A program made the translations under genes and the position numbers. 38,073 bases of DNA from a virus (taxonomy: Duplodnaviria > Caudoviricetes), in the IMG/VR virus record IMGVR_UViG_3300049436_000062, positions 1 through 38,073 of that record; one strand, given 5' to 3'. The notes under the pieces were generated by a model. That model was not told where the DNA came from and did no database searches. It saw only the letters and a list, made by a program, of their open reading frames with translations. Position 1 is the stretch's first letter; the number at the start of each line of letters is the position of its first letter. Below are positions 26,920 to 36,220 of the stretch, one piece after another.

Positions 26920-27396
26920 ATGAGCTTGCTCGCAGCCATCGACCCCGGAAAAAATCACTCGGCCCTCGCCCTTTTCGACCTAGATCAGGGCGCGGAGTAC
27001 GTGCGCGGCTGGCTCATTCCAGCGGGCACGTATCCGCCCGGCCTGAGTTACCTGGCCGCGGATGTAGAAGCGATCGTAATGGAGCTACCGCAGGTCTATC
27101 CGGGCGCGAGAAACAATGATCCCAACGATCTGATCGCGGTCGCTTACGCTGGGGGCGTGCTCAGCGGATATTTCGGTCCGCACGTCAAGCGCCAGACGCT
27201 GAGCCCCAGCGCCTGGAAAGGACAGGTCCCAAAGAATGTGACCGAGCAGCGCGTCCAGCAAACCCTGGCCGTGCATGAGCTGACTCGGCTCGCTCAGGAC
27301 ATGTCCGATATCTCAGACGGACTGCAGCACAATCTGATCGATGCGGTAGGCATTGGTCTTGTAGCCACGCTCCGCACGGGGCGGGGTGGGAGGTAG
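26920..27396 (+). CDS. RuvC-like Holliday junction resolvase
   Basis: LAAIDPG, IVMELPQ, PSAWKG and NLIDAVGIG motifs. Confidence 0.8.
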   Translation: MSLLAAIDPGKNHSALALFDLDQGAEYVRGWLIPAGTYPPGLSYLAADVEAIVMELPQVYPGARNNDPNDLIAVAYAGGVLSGYFGPHVKRQTLSPSAWKGQVPKNVTEQRVQQTLAVHELTRLAQDMSDISDGLQHNLIDAVGIGLVATLRTGRGGR

Positions 27397-27399
27397 ACA

Positions 27400-28215
27400 A
27401 TGGAGTATCCCAAGATCGAGCACTACGGAACCCGCAACGTCCGCGGCATTGAGACCGAGCCGGACACGGTAATTCAAGAGAAGGTAGACGGGAGTCAAAT
27501 TTCCTTCGGGGTCTTTGACAACGTGCTCCACATTCGGTCCAAGACGCGCGACCTGGACCTTGCCAACCCGGACAAAATGTTCGCGGCTGCGGTCGAGAGC
27601 ATTCAGGGTCGGCTCAAGCGGATCGTCCCAGGCTACTGGTACCGGGGCGAGTACCTCTCCCGTCCCAAACACAACGTGATCGCGTACAGCCGCGTGCCGC
27701 GCGGGCACGTGGTGCTATTCGATATCCAGGATCCCGCGGGCGCGTTCTTCCCTGCATCCCTGGCCCGCATGGCTGCAGAGGTGGATCTGGAGTACGTGCC
27801 CGCATTCGGAGTACCCGTGGGGGCTAGCATGCTCGGCTCTGTTTTGGAGGGTCACGTGTACAAAAACTATAGGCTCGGACTTTTCGCCAAGCGCGTATTG
27901 GAGCAATTTCGGGAGCTCCGCACGGGTCGGCCGCGCGTGCAGACGGAGGATCCCAATCGGGCGATCGGCCTGCACTACGCCACCCCAGCGCGCTGGGAAA
28001 AAGCGGTCCACCACCTGCGGGACGCTGGGATGCTCCAGGGGACGCCCCGGGACATCGGCCCGCTGATCATGGAGATCAGGCGAGACATCGAGCTGGAGCA
28101 CCACGCGGACATTCTAGAGGCGTTGTACAAGGCGCACTCAAAGAAAATCTTGGAAGCGACTCATGACGGCTTTCCGGCCTGGTACCAGGACCGGCTCTCG
28201 AAAGGGGACCTGTGA
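27400..28215 (+). CDS. ATP-dependent RNA ligase (Rnl2-like)
   Basis: nucleotidyltransferase motifs QEKVDGS, RGEY, LFDI, EGHVYK, FAK. Confidence 0.8.
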   Translation: MEYPKIEHYGTRNVRGIETEPDTVIQEKVDGSQISFGVFDNVLHIRSKTRDLDLANPDKMFAAAVESIQGRLKRIVPGYWYRGEYLSRPKHNVIAYSRVPRGHVVLFDIQDPAGAFFPASLARMAAEVDLEYVPAFGVPVGASMLGSVLEGHVYKNYRLGLFAKRVLEQFRELRTGRPRVQTEDPNRAIGLHYATPARWEKAVHHLRDAGMLQGTPRDIGPLIMEIRRDIELEHHADILEALYKAHSKKILEATHDGFPAWYQDRLSKGDL

Positions 28216-28418
28216 CAATGCTGCAGAAAATCGGTGTGTTCGTCTTGGTGATTCTGATTTTCGTACTAATTAGCCTAGGCATGGCGTGGCTCGCCAGCCT
28301 GGCGTGGAACGCGGTTCTTGGCCCGCGACTTTTCGTGGTGACGGTTTGGGAAATGTGGCTTTTGATCTTCTTAGCCAATTTGTTCTTTGGCACGATCGGG
28401 CGGAGTACATCCAAATGA
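28212..28418 (+). CDS. small two-TM membrane protein
   Basis: highly hydrophobic 68 aa; GTGA/ATGA overlaps. Confidence 0.65.
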   Translation: MTMLQKIGVFVLVILIFVLISLGMAWLASLAWNAVLGPRLFVVTVWEMWLLIFLANLFFGTIGRSTSK

Positions 28419-28645
28419 CCTGGGTATGGACAACAGCACTAGTCGAACGCGCCCGGGCGCTCAACGCGATGGGGTGGACACGTTCGGAAATCAGCCAGAC
28501 CATCGGCTACCCGAAAGCGCTCATGACCCTTTGGCTCCCGGACGAACAACCGGGCATCGCACGCCAGCAAGCGCAATTTCTAAGGGCGATGGAATCAGAG
28601 GATCCACATCAGCCCGGTATGCACGGGGAGGGGACGTTCCCATGA
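28415..28645 (+). CDS. small HTH protein (GcrA N-terminal-like)
   Basis: WTTALVERARAL...GWTRSEISQTIG pattern. Confidence 0.5.
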   Translation: MTWVWTTALVERARALNAMGWTRSEISQTIGYPKALMTLWLPDEQPGIARQQAQFLRAMESEDPHQPGMHGEGTFP

Positions 28646-29043
28646 AAAACACCGGACCGCTTGAGGCTTTTCTCTGGGGCTGCGCGCTGGGCCTCGTGCT
28701 TGTCGCGCTGATCGTCCTACTGGTTGGGTGCCCCGCGCAGCCGGACATGGACACGAGCACAGCGCACGGCAAGCTCCGCGCGATCGCGCTGGATAATGGA
28801 TACCGGCCAGGCCTAACGGGCGCTCACACGGCCACGGCCACGGCCACGGTAGTAGAGTCCGCGCAGCGTGCGTGGGAGCGTAGAGTGCGCGATGCCATAC
28901 CTTGCGAGGATGGTCGGGCGGACATGCGTTGGCCGAGCAAGGTTGTAGAATACCACTGTCCTGAGATCTCGATTCATACTGACGGACAACGCACGCGCGA
29001 TCGGTGGTCACACGTTTCGGTCTACACGAAAGAAATTCCATGA
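28642..29043 (+). CDS. putative lipoprotein
   Basis: hydrophobic stretch ending in lipobox-like LVG-C; GGAGG SD. Confidence 0.55.
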   Translation: MKNTGPLEAFLWGCALGLVLVALIVLLVGCPAQPDMDTSTAHGKLRAIALDNGYRPGLTGAHTATATATVVESAQRAWERRVRDAIPCEDGRADMRWPSKVVEYHCPEISIHTDGQRTRDRWSHVSVYTKEIP

Positions 29044-30626
29044 GCCTCGAAATTACGTGGCCCAATGGTGTTTGTTATTCGGTCTCGCAGATCAAGCGCT
29101 TCCTGGACTGCCCAAGGGCATGGTATTTCGAAAAAATTCTAGGCTTCAAAGCGGAGAAAACAGCGCAACAGGATTGGGGCACGGCTGCACATGAATATCT
29201 AGAGGGTACGCTCCGAGGCTCCGCCCCTAGCACCACGGACCCTCGACTGATCCAGGCATCGCACAACCTGAACCGGCTCCAGGTACATCCCACGGACATC
29301 GAGCGCCCGTTTGTGATTCCGCTCGGGCCGGATTTTCAAGGCACCCCCCGTTGGCTAGTCGGGGTGATCGATTTTGTAGACTGGCGCGAGGGCTCGTACT
29401 TGGGCCAGGCCTACGATTTCGAAGTTGGCGACCACAAAACCACCAAGGACCTGCAATGGGCGCTGGACGCGGACGCACTCGGACACGATCTCCAGCTTTT
29501 GACTTACGGCTACGCGGTCGGGCTGGAGTTGGCCAACCATCCCAGGGCGGTCCGGCTCACGCACCACACGATCCAGCGCGAAGGTGCGGTACAAAGCCGC
29601 ATGATCAGCACGGTAGCGACCTGGGATCGGATCGAGTCCGCTTTTGTCAAGACCCTACGCGTGGTCGATTTGATGGACCGCACAAGGGCCTTGCAAACCG
29701 CTGGCGCTGTGGATAAGAATTCTTTTGCGTGTAGGAAATACGGGGGGTGTCCGCAGGGCGAGCGCTGCGCGATCGCCTCCCTGGATAAAACAAAATTCGC
29801 TCGCCCACACAACGAGGAGCCCGACATGTCCATTTTCAACCGAACCCCAAACGCCAAACCAGCCGTAGCGCACGCTGCGACCCCGACCGGAGCCCTTGCA
29901 GGTCTCCAGGCCCTGGCGGCCCAGGCCCTGGCGGCCCAGCGTGCAGCCCGGACAGCGCAGACCGAGGCCCCGCCTACCCCCGAGCCGATCCGGGCGGAGG
30001 CGCTGATCACCGGCCCGGAGGCGCTCAGCCCCAACGCGGACCCCGCCCCGGTGGCCGTGAAGCGCGGACGCGGCCGGCCGCGCAAGGATGCGGCTCCCGC
30101 GGCCCCGGTCGGAGCGCAGGCCTCCGCCCCGGCCGTGGACCCGTTCGCAGCGTCTAGAGCTCACCAGGCCCCAATGACCGCGATCGCTGAGCTGGAGCGC
30201 CTGCGAGAGGCCCAGGCGGGCACCCCAGCGCCCGATCCGGAATTCCAGGTTGCGGCCCCCAGCGCGGCCCCAGCCCGCGTGCAGAATGCCGCGGCCCAGG
30301 CGATGGCCGCGGTCACGCCCAACCCGGCTGACCCCAAACCGGTCGGCCTGCTTCTGATCGATTGCACCCCGCTGGTGGGTGGGAGCCTGCCCCGGGCCGA
30401 AGAGATCCTGGAGAATCTGGCGGCCCAGTATCAGGCGGAAATGGGCCACCCATGGGAAGCGGCTCCGTACCGTGAGGGCTCCGGGGCGATGATGCAAGGC
30501 CTGCGGGCACACCTGGCTGAGCACCCCACCAACCTGGCGATCCGGTCGGGCGGACCGCTCGCCACGCTCGCGATCGAAGTGCTGATCCCTCTCGCGCACC
30601 AAGTGATCCAGGGGCAGGGTCGATAA
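29040..30626 (+). CDS. PD-(D/E)XK Cas4/RecB-like exonuclease with Ala/Pro-rich extension and AT-hook
   Basis: YSVSQ...CPR, GTAAH, E, GVID, DHKT, QLLTY, C-terminal C...C...C; KRGRGRPRK. Confidence 0.85.
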   Translation: MSLEITWPNGVCYSVSQIKRFLDCPRAWYFEKILGFKAEKTAQQDWGTAAHEYLEGTLRGSAPSTTDPRLIQASHNLNRLQVHPTDIERPFVIPLGPDFQGTPRWLVGVIDFVDWREGSYLGQAYDFEVGDHKTTKDLQWALDADALGHDLQLLTYGYAVGLELANHPRAVRLTHHTIQREGAVQSRMISTVATWDRIESAFVKTLRVVDLMDRTRALQTAGAVDKNSFACRKYGGCPQGERCAIASLDKTKFARPHNEEPDMSIFNRTPNAKPAVAHAATPTGALAGLQALAAQALAAQRAARTAQTEAPPTPEPIRAEALITGPEALSPNADPAPVAVKRGRGRPRKDAAPAAPVGAQASAPAVDPFAASRAHQAPMTAIAELERLREAQAGTPAPDPEFQVAAPSAAPARVQNAAAQAMAAVTPNPADPKPVGLLLIDCTPLVGGSLPRAEEILENLAAQYQAEMGHPWEAAPYREGSGAMMQGLRAHLAEHPTNLAIRSGGPLATLAIEVLIPLAHQVIQGQGR

Positions 30627-30627
30627 C

Positions 30628-31377
30628 ATGAGCGCGGGCAAGAAAAACGACTCGGCCAAGCCGGATTTCCGCACGCTCCTGACCTACCAGGATTACGGTC
30701 GGATCGGTCGGGGTCCTTACGCGTACGGGGCGGAAGAATACGGGGACGGCAACTTCCTGGGGCTCTTTGAGCCGGAGTCCGGGGACGGGATGTGTCGCAT
30801 TCTCCAGGCCACGGGCCGTCACATTGTGGCGAGCTTGCGAGCCTTCCCCCCGGAGGAGGGCAAAAACGAGGATCCGGACACGGGCGAGGATCACCGGTAC
30901 CACGCGCTGGCTGAGATCCTGATGGCACTACAATGGCTGGAGTCCGATGACGTGGACGATCCGGATGACACGGACGTGGAGTTGCGTGCTGAAATCACGG
31001 AGCTGCGCGCGGAACGGAAAATCGCGCTAGAGGATCTGAAAAAGACCGAGGCGCATTGCGAGCTGGCAAACCAAAGCCTGGCCCGCAAGAACACGGAATG
31101 GGCTGAGCTGGACGCGAAAATCAAGCAGAATCGCCCGGCCATCCTGGCGGAAAAGGAGTTGTTGGCCAAGGTCCAGGCACAGGTACAGGCGGCTACGTTG
31201 GATCTGCAGAAAGCCCGGGAGCGGGTTCTCAAGGGTGATCCGTGCGTCATTCGGCACCAAAACGTTTTGACCCTACGTCTTTTTGACGTGGGCCCAAACA
31301 TGACTTGCGCGATCCCCACGGACAAAGAAATTGGGATTCGCGAAAGCCTGCGAGCGTTGATCAAAGGCCTGCTTTGA
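30628..31377 (+). CDS. DUF5664-like (dATP/dGTP diphosphohydrolase-type) domain plus coiled coil
   Basis: GKKNDSAKPD, YGAEEYG..NF, RH and DPDTGEDH..HA motifs. Confidence 0.7.
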   Translation: MSAGKKNDSAKPDFRTLLTYQDYGRIGRGPYAYGAEEYGDGNFLGLFEPESGDGMCRILQATGRHIVASLRAFPPEEGKNEDPDTGEDHRYHALAEILMALQWLESDDVDDPDDTDVELRAEITELRAERKIALEDLKKTEAHCELANQSLARKNTEWAELDAKIKQNRPAILAEKELLAKVQAQVQAATLDLQKARERVLKGDPCVIRHQNVLTLRLFDVGPNMTCAIPTDKEIGIRESLRALIKGLL

Positions 31378-31380
31378 TCT

Positions 31381-33126
31381 ATGTGGCACGCTGTAGATCC
31401 TTCCCCCGATCTTCAGCGGATCCTCGCCTTGGATCTCTCCCCGCTACCTGAGCACCCCGCCCTCCGCACCCTGGAGCGCCCCGGCTGTGCACTGCCCCTT
31501 TGGCCGCTACAAAAGCGAGCACTGAGCGAAGCGGCACACTGCCGGGGGCTCCTGGCACCTATTCCGGTGGGTGGAGGAAAAACGTTAGTAACGGCCCTTC
31601 TCCCCACAATCTTAGACGCACCCCGCGCGCTGATCCTCACGACCGCAGCCATGGTCAGGGAGTCAAGCAAACTCCTGGACACCTATAAGCAGCACTACCG
31701 CATTCGCGATGACATCGCGGTCATGAGTTATGGACTGCTCTCGCGCCCCGAGCAATCTGGATATCTGGAAGAACGTGCGCCCACACTTATTATTGCGGAC
31801 GAATGCCAGGCGCTCAGCGACCCGGATGCGGCCCGCACGGGGCGTTTTCTGCGGTATATGCGCGCGCACCCTTCAGTTCTATTCTGCGGGCTAAGCGGCT
31901 CGGTCACGCGTAGGTCGCTCCTAGACTATGGCCACCTAGCAGCGCTCGCGCTCCGCCAAGGCTCGCCCCTGCCCCTGTGCAAAGCGGACCTGATCCAATG
32001 GGCGGAAGCGTTGGACGTCCGCAGCCTGCGCGACCCCGGGGCCCTCCTAGCGCTCAAAGGCCCGGGCGATCGCACCGTGCGCGCGGCCTACGCCCGCAGG
32101 TTTCAGACCACCCCTGGCGTAGTGACAGACACCGAGTCCGCTTTCCGTGGGCCGCTGTCGATCGTCCAGCTCCATCGGGACTGTCCACCGGTCGCCCCGG
32201 AAATAAAGACCGCCCTGGGCCGGCTGAAAACAGCGTGGGAGCTTCCGGACGGGTACCCGCTCGTAATGGCGACCGAGGTCGCGGGAGCGGAGCGCGCCCT
32301 ACGGCTGGGGGGCTATTATCACGCACAACCATCGACAGAGCACAGCGTTCAGGCGGTCAGGGGGTATCATGAGGCCCGCACAGCGTACGCGCGCGGAGTC
32401 CGCGGCTGGCTCCTGAGACATCGTAGGACGGGCCTAGACTCCCCCGCGCTGGTACACCAGGCCCTCCTAGACGGCCGGGCCGAGGTCAGCTTGCTAGAGC
32501 CGCTACACCAGGCCTGGCTACCGCTGGCGGAAATGGTAGTGCCACAGACTGAATGGACCTGGATCAGCCTAGACCTTGCGCAGTACGCAGCCGAGGCGCT
32601 CCGAGCCGGGCATGTGGAAATAGTCTGGACTGCGCACCCTGCCGTAGGCGCGCGCGTGGCGGCCCTGGCAGACGTGCCGTACTTCGGGGCCGGTGCTGAG
32701 CAGATCACGGAGCACCGGGGCCCTTGCGTTGCGTCCAGGCGCGCTCACGGTACAGGGCGGAATTTGCAGCACTACGCCAGGGCCCTCGTGCTAGGATGGC
32801 CACCCCAGGGTGCCGCATGCGAACAATTGATTGGGAGGCACCACCGGCCGGGGCAGGATCGACCGGTCGAAATATTTTACCTAGCGAGAGAGAGTCCAGA
32901 CTACACACAATCTCTGCGGGATGCGCGATACATCCAAGAGACAACGGGAGCGCAACAAAAACTATTGTTGCAAAGGAGCATGAAAAATGAGTGGCGAGCG
33001 GCCCAATCTGACCCCAAGCGAGCCCTGGATCTTGACCCATTCGGGCCGCGCTGTGCGGCTCGCCAACCCCCGGCCGGAGGATATTTACATCCCCGATATC
33101 GTCCACGCGCTGAGCCAGCTAAATAG
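31381..33126 (+). CDS. superfamily 2 DNA helicase
   Basis: VGGGKT, IIADECQ, LSGS, GTGRNLQ and EQLIGRHHRPGQ motifs. Confidence 0.88.
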   Translation: MWHAVDPSPDLQRILALDLSPLPEHPALRTLERPGCALPLWPLQKRALSEAAHCRGLLAPIPVGGGKTLVTALLPTILDAPRALILTTAAMVRESSKLLDTYKQHYRIRDDIAVMSYGLLSRPEQSGYLEERAPTLIIADECQALSDPDAARTGRFLRYMRAHPSVLFCGLSGSVTRRSLLDYGHLAALALRQGSPLPLCKADLIQWAEALDVRSLRDPGALLALKGPGDRTVRAAYARRFQTTPGVVTDTESAFRGPLSIVQLHRDCPPVAPEIKTALGRLKTAWELPDGYPLVMATEVAGAERALRLGGYYHAQPSTEHSVQAVRGYHEARTAYARGVRGWLLRHRRTGLDSPALVHQALLDGRAEVSLLEPLHQAWLPLAEMVVPQTEWTWISLDLAQYAAEALRAGHVEIVWTAHPAVGARVAALADVPYFGAGAEQITEHRGPCVASRRAHGTGRNLQHYARALVLGWPPQGAACEQLIGRHHRPGQDRPVEIFYLARESPDYTQSLRDARYIQETTGAQQKLLLQRSMKNEWRAAQSDPKRALDLDPFGPRCAARQPPAGGYLHPRYRPRAEPAK

Positions 33127-33637
33127 GTTCACCGGGCACACCCAGCACCCTTGGACTGTGGCCCAGCACTCGGTATATTGCGCGATGGTCTGTAGTCCGG
33201 ACCTACGCCTAGAGTGCCTGATTCATGATTTTACGGAGGCGTACCTAGGGGACGTGTCCAGCCCGCTCAAGAGTGTCTTGGGCGCGGCCTACAAGGACCT
33301 GGAGCGCAAGCACGAAACCGCGATCCGGATCGCGTTGGGACTACCCGAGGTGAGCCCAGAGACAAAGGCGCGTGTCAAGCAAGTAGACTGGCGCGCGTAT
33401 GAGGTGGACCGGGAGTTGTGCATGCCAAAGCACGACGGTGAAACTCCGGGCATGCCTCGGATTGACTACTCCCCGACCCCGGCCAGTAAGCGCGAAAAGA
33501 CCGAATGGCGCTTGCTAGCGCTGTACACCACCCCGCAGAAAATCCGGGAGATCATCATGACCGGACTCCGCCAGGAGCTGGCCAAGGTACTCAGCGCGGA
33601 GGCGTTCTGTGCACTAGGGGATCTGAAAGTATGGTAG
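32987..33637 (+). CDS. HD-domain phosphohydrolase (YfbR-like 5'-deoxynucleotidase)
   Basis: RFTGH, VAQHS and LIHDFTEAYLGDVSSPLK motifs; AGGAG SD. Confidence 0.88.
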   Translation: MSGERPNLTPSEPWILTHSGRAVRLANPRPEDIYIPDIVHALSQLNRFTGHTQHPWTVAQHSVYCAMVCSPDLRLECLIHDFTEAYLGDVSSPLKSVLGAAYKDLERKHETAIRIALGLPEVSPETKARVKQVDWRAYEVDRELCMPKHDGETPGMPRIDYSPTPASKREKTEWRLLALYTTPQKIREIIMTGLRQELAKVLSAEAFCALGDLKVW

Positions 33638-35628
33638 GTCGAGACATAGCGCCAACGTATATTGACCTAGGCTGGAGAGTAATCGAGCTAGTGGGCCCGT
33701 TAGAGGGTGGAAAAAAGCCAAGAGCCCGGGATTGGCAGAACGCCCCACAGACGGACCCCACCACCTGGCGAGAGGATTCGAACATCGGCCTGGTGTGCGG
33801 CCAGGCCTCGGGCGTGGTGGTGGTGGACGTGGACGGTCCAGCGGGTTACGCGAGCCTGGAAGCGCTCCAGGCACAGATCGGGGAGCTCCCAGAGGGTCCA
33901 CGGCAGATCACAGGCTCCGGGGGCGCTCATCTTTTTTTCCGCTACGGGCCGGAGTGCGCGCACCTGACTAACCGAGGCGGTTTTCGAACGGGCCTGGATT
34001 TCCGGACTACCGGGGGTCAGGTGGTGCTCGCTCCGAGCGTGCACGCTTCGGGCTCAGCGTACGCGTGGGATGACGGACACACCCCGATTGATCTCCCGAT
34101 CCCCACGCTCCCGGCCGCGTGGATCCAGGAGCTGAGTCTACAGCACAGGGCCCCGGGTGAGGGCGGTAACGCTCTGACCCCGTTCCAGCGCGATACGATG
34201 GATTTCGCCACCTGGCTAGAGGATCAGCCGGGCACGATCACGGGCGAGGCGGGCGGCACCGAAATGATGCGCATAGCCCGTGTGGCTGTGCGTAAGGCAC
34301 TGCTACAAGACGCGGCAAAATTCGCGGACATTGTCCTTGCCAGCACGTGGAACAAGAAAAAATGTTTCCCGCCCTGGACGGACCGTTGGGAGTTGGAAAA
34401 GCGCTTCCATGACGCTTTGGCCCGCTGGCAGGCGGACGGGGTTGTCGCGATCCCCTGCGACAAAAAGGGGCACCGCTATAAGACCCATATGGACCTGAGG
34501 CGTATCGTCCGAGAGGATCCGCTATTCGCGGGCAGGCTCCGGTATAATGAGCTAGGCGGAAAGAAAGAATATGACGGGGTCGCGCTGACTGACGCCTCCG
34601 TGCTCCAGCTCCGGACGCTGATCTGCGAACGCTACGGCTACGGGGATCTGGACGCCACGCGTGTTCATGAAGTTGTGACCGAGGAGTGTGAGGTCAACCG
34701 TTATAGCCCGGTGGCGGAGTACCTGGAGAGTTTGGGGTGGGACGGGGTCCCGAGGCTCAGCGATGTAGCTTCGGCCATCTTGGGCGCGCCTGGCGAGCTG
34801 GCTGCGACCATGGTCCGCAAATGGATGATCGGGGCGGTAGCGCGAGCTATGGACCCTGGTTGTGATATGCAAACCGCGCTGATTTTCCAGGGCCCGCAGG
34901 GTATCGGTAAGAGTTCATTCTTCAAAATTATGGGAGGTCAATGGTTCTCAGACACCCCATTCGATGTGACTAACAAGGACGCGTTCGAGCAGATCGCCAA
35001 GGTCTGGATCTACGAATGGTCGGAGCTGGAGAGTATGTACCGCTCCAGAGAGCAGACTGCGATCAAGGCGTTTATTTCGAGCCGCTCTGACAATTTCAGA
35101 CGGGCCTTCGAGCGCATTCCGGTCGAAATGCCGCGTAGGTGTGTGTTCGCGGGGTCGACCAATGGGCGTAGCTTCCTGCACGATCGCACGGGGTCGAGGC
35201 GCTTTTGGATCGTGGAAACTGCGCCCGTGCTGCCCGGTGGCGCGAACGGCTACGTGGACCTGGATACGCTCCGCCTCTGTCGCGATCAGCTTTGGGCGGA
35301 GGCGGTAGCGGCCTACCGCGCGGGTGAGAGCTGGGCCTTGCCTGCGGAGCTTGACACCGCGCGGGCCCACCTGGCCGAGTCCTACGCGCCTGAGAGCCCC
35401 ATTTACGATCGGGTCCTGGCCTTGGCCGAAAAATGGACAGACACGTGGATCACGCTCCAGGAAATTGGGCGTAGGGTCGGGGTCACGCCCGAAATACTAT
35501 CCCCAGTCCAGCTCGGGGAGATCGTGCAGGCGGTAGAGGCTGTGGGGTACCGGAAAATCCGGCGGAGGCGTCCGGACGGCGGCCTGGAGCGTGGATATGC
35601 GCGGGCCTTCACGCCCGGATCCACCTGA
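33631..35628 (+). CDS. bifunctional primase-polymerase fused to VirE/VapE-type helicase
   Basis: GKKP, NIG, VVVDVD, TGSGGAHLFF, LAPSVH (PrimPol); GPQGIGKS, RRAF, DRTGSRRF (VirE). Confidence 0.92.
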   Translation: MVGRDIAPTYIDLGWRVIELVGPLEGGKKPRARDWQNAPQTDPTTWREDSNIGLVCGQASGVVVVDVDGPAGYASLEALQAQIGELPEGPRQITGSGGAHLFFRYGPECAHLTNRGGFRTGLDFRTTGGQVVLAPSVHASGSAYAWDDGHTPIDLPIPTLPAAWIQELSLQHRAPGEGGNALTPFQRDTMDFATWLEDQPGTITGEAGGTEMMRIARVAVRKALLQDAAKFADIVLASTWNKKKCFPPWTDRWELEKRFHDALARWQADGVVAIPCDKKGHRYKTHMDLRRIVREDPLFAGRLRYNELGGKKEYDGVALTDASVLQLRTLICERYGYGDLDATRVHEVVTEECEVNRYSPVAEYLESLGWDGVPRLSDVASAILGAPGELAATMVRKWMIGAVARAMDPGCDMQTALIFQGPQGIGKSSFFKIMGGQWFSDTPFDVTNKDAFEQIAKVWIYEWSELESMYRSREQTAIKAFISSRSDNFRRAFERIPVEMPRRCVFAGSTNGRSFLHDRTGSRRFWIVETAPVLPGGANGYVDLDTLRLCRDQLWAEAVAAYRAGESWALPAELDTARAHLAESYAPESPIYDRVLALAEKWTDTWITLQEIGRRVGVTPEILSPVQLGEIVQAVEAVGYRKIRRRRPDGGLERGYARAFTPGST

Positions 35629-35733
35629 TCCGCCTGTATCCCGGTGTGCCTATAGATCTATATTATAGAGGGCTCACAAGCCGGATCAGATCAGCTCGGT
35701 GTGATCCACCCGGATCCTGGATCAGGTGGATCG
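35617..35733. repeat. GATC-rich iteron-like element B, probable replication origin
   Basis: GATCCACCTGATCC 35618-35631 with its exact inverse at 35719-35732; AT-rich core TATAGATCTATATTATAG; 9 GATC sites; directly follows the primase-helicase gene. Confidence 0.8.
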
Positions 35734-35748
35734 GGCCATGGAGGTAAT

Positions 35749-36096
35749 ATGGGCCGAAAATATAGACCCGCGGATCCTGGCCTTTTCAACCGCCCACCTG
35801 GCCACAAGGAAACGGTCAAGAACACAGCCCAGGGCCCGCAGGGTACGATCTATTTGCTCCATTTCGATCGGCCCCTCGGACACGCTCGCCATTACACGGG
35901 CTGGACAAGGGACCTAGTTAGGCGCCTAGCGCGTCACGGTCGGGGTCAGGGTGCCCGGCTGCTCCAGGTAGCTCACGAACGCGGGATCAAATGGACCCTC
36001 GCAGCGACCTGGGCCGGGACACGGGCTGATGAGAGAAAGAAAAAGGACTCCGGAAGCGCCCGAAGATATTGTCCAATCTGCCTCTCGGAAAAATAA
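35749..36096 (+). CDS. small GIY-YIG family endonuclease
   Basis: TIYLLHF...HYTGWT...RLARH; C-terminal CPIC; GGAGG SD. Confidence 0.75.
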   Translation: MGRKYRPADPGLFNRPPGHKETVKNTAQGPQGTIYLLHFDRPLGHARHYTGWTRDLVRRLARHGRGQGARLLQVAHERGIKWTLAATWAGTRADERKKKDSGSARRYCPICLSEK

Positions 36097-36220
36097 ACAC
36101 AGACTCCGAAGAAAGTACTAGACAGCGCGTTCGGCCGGTGTTAGAGATGAGCGACACCCAAACCGACCAAACCGCCCCGAAATGATCGAAGCCGCAATCA
36201 AGAGCGCGAGGGAGCAATAG

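Noticed and set aside
28827-28849. CACGGC x4 microsatellite as a phase-variation switch
   Set aside because: The 6-bp unit keeps the frame and only encodes a TATATAT linker
29040-29825. Cas4-like gene as evidence of CRISPR-Cas
   Set aside because: Stand-alone phage PD-(D/E)XK exonuclease; no other cas genes or array
25013-33637. Complete 2-aminoadenine (Z) genome system
   Set aside because: No PurZ/PurA-like gene is visible, and an adenine methylase is present
35749-36096. Intron-encoded homing endonuclease
   Set aside because: Free-standing with its own SD; neighbouring genes are not interrupted
36119-36147. Promoter TAGACA-N17-TAGAGA
   Set aside because: Weak -10 box lacking the conserved final T; plausible but unsupported
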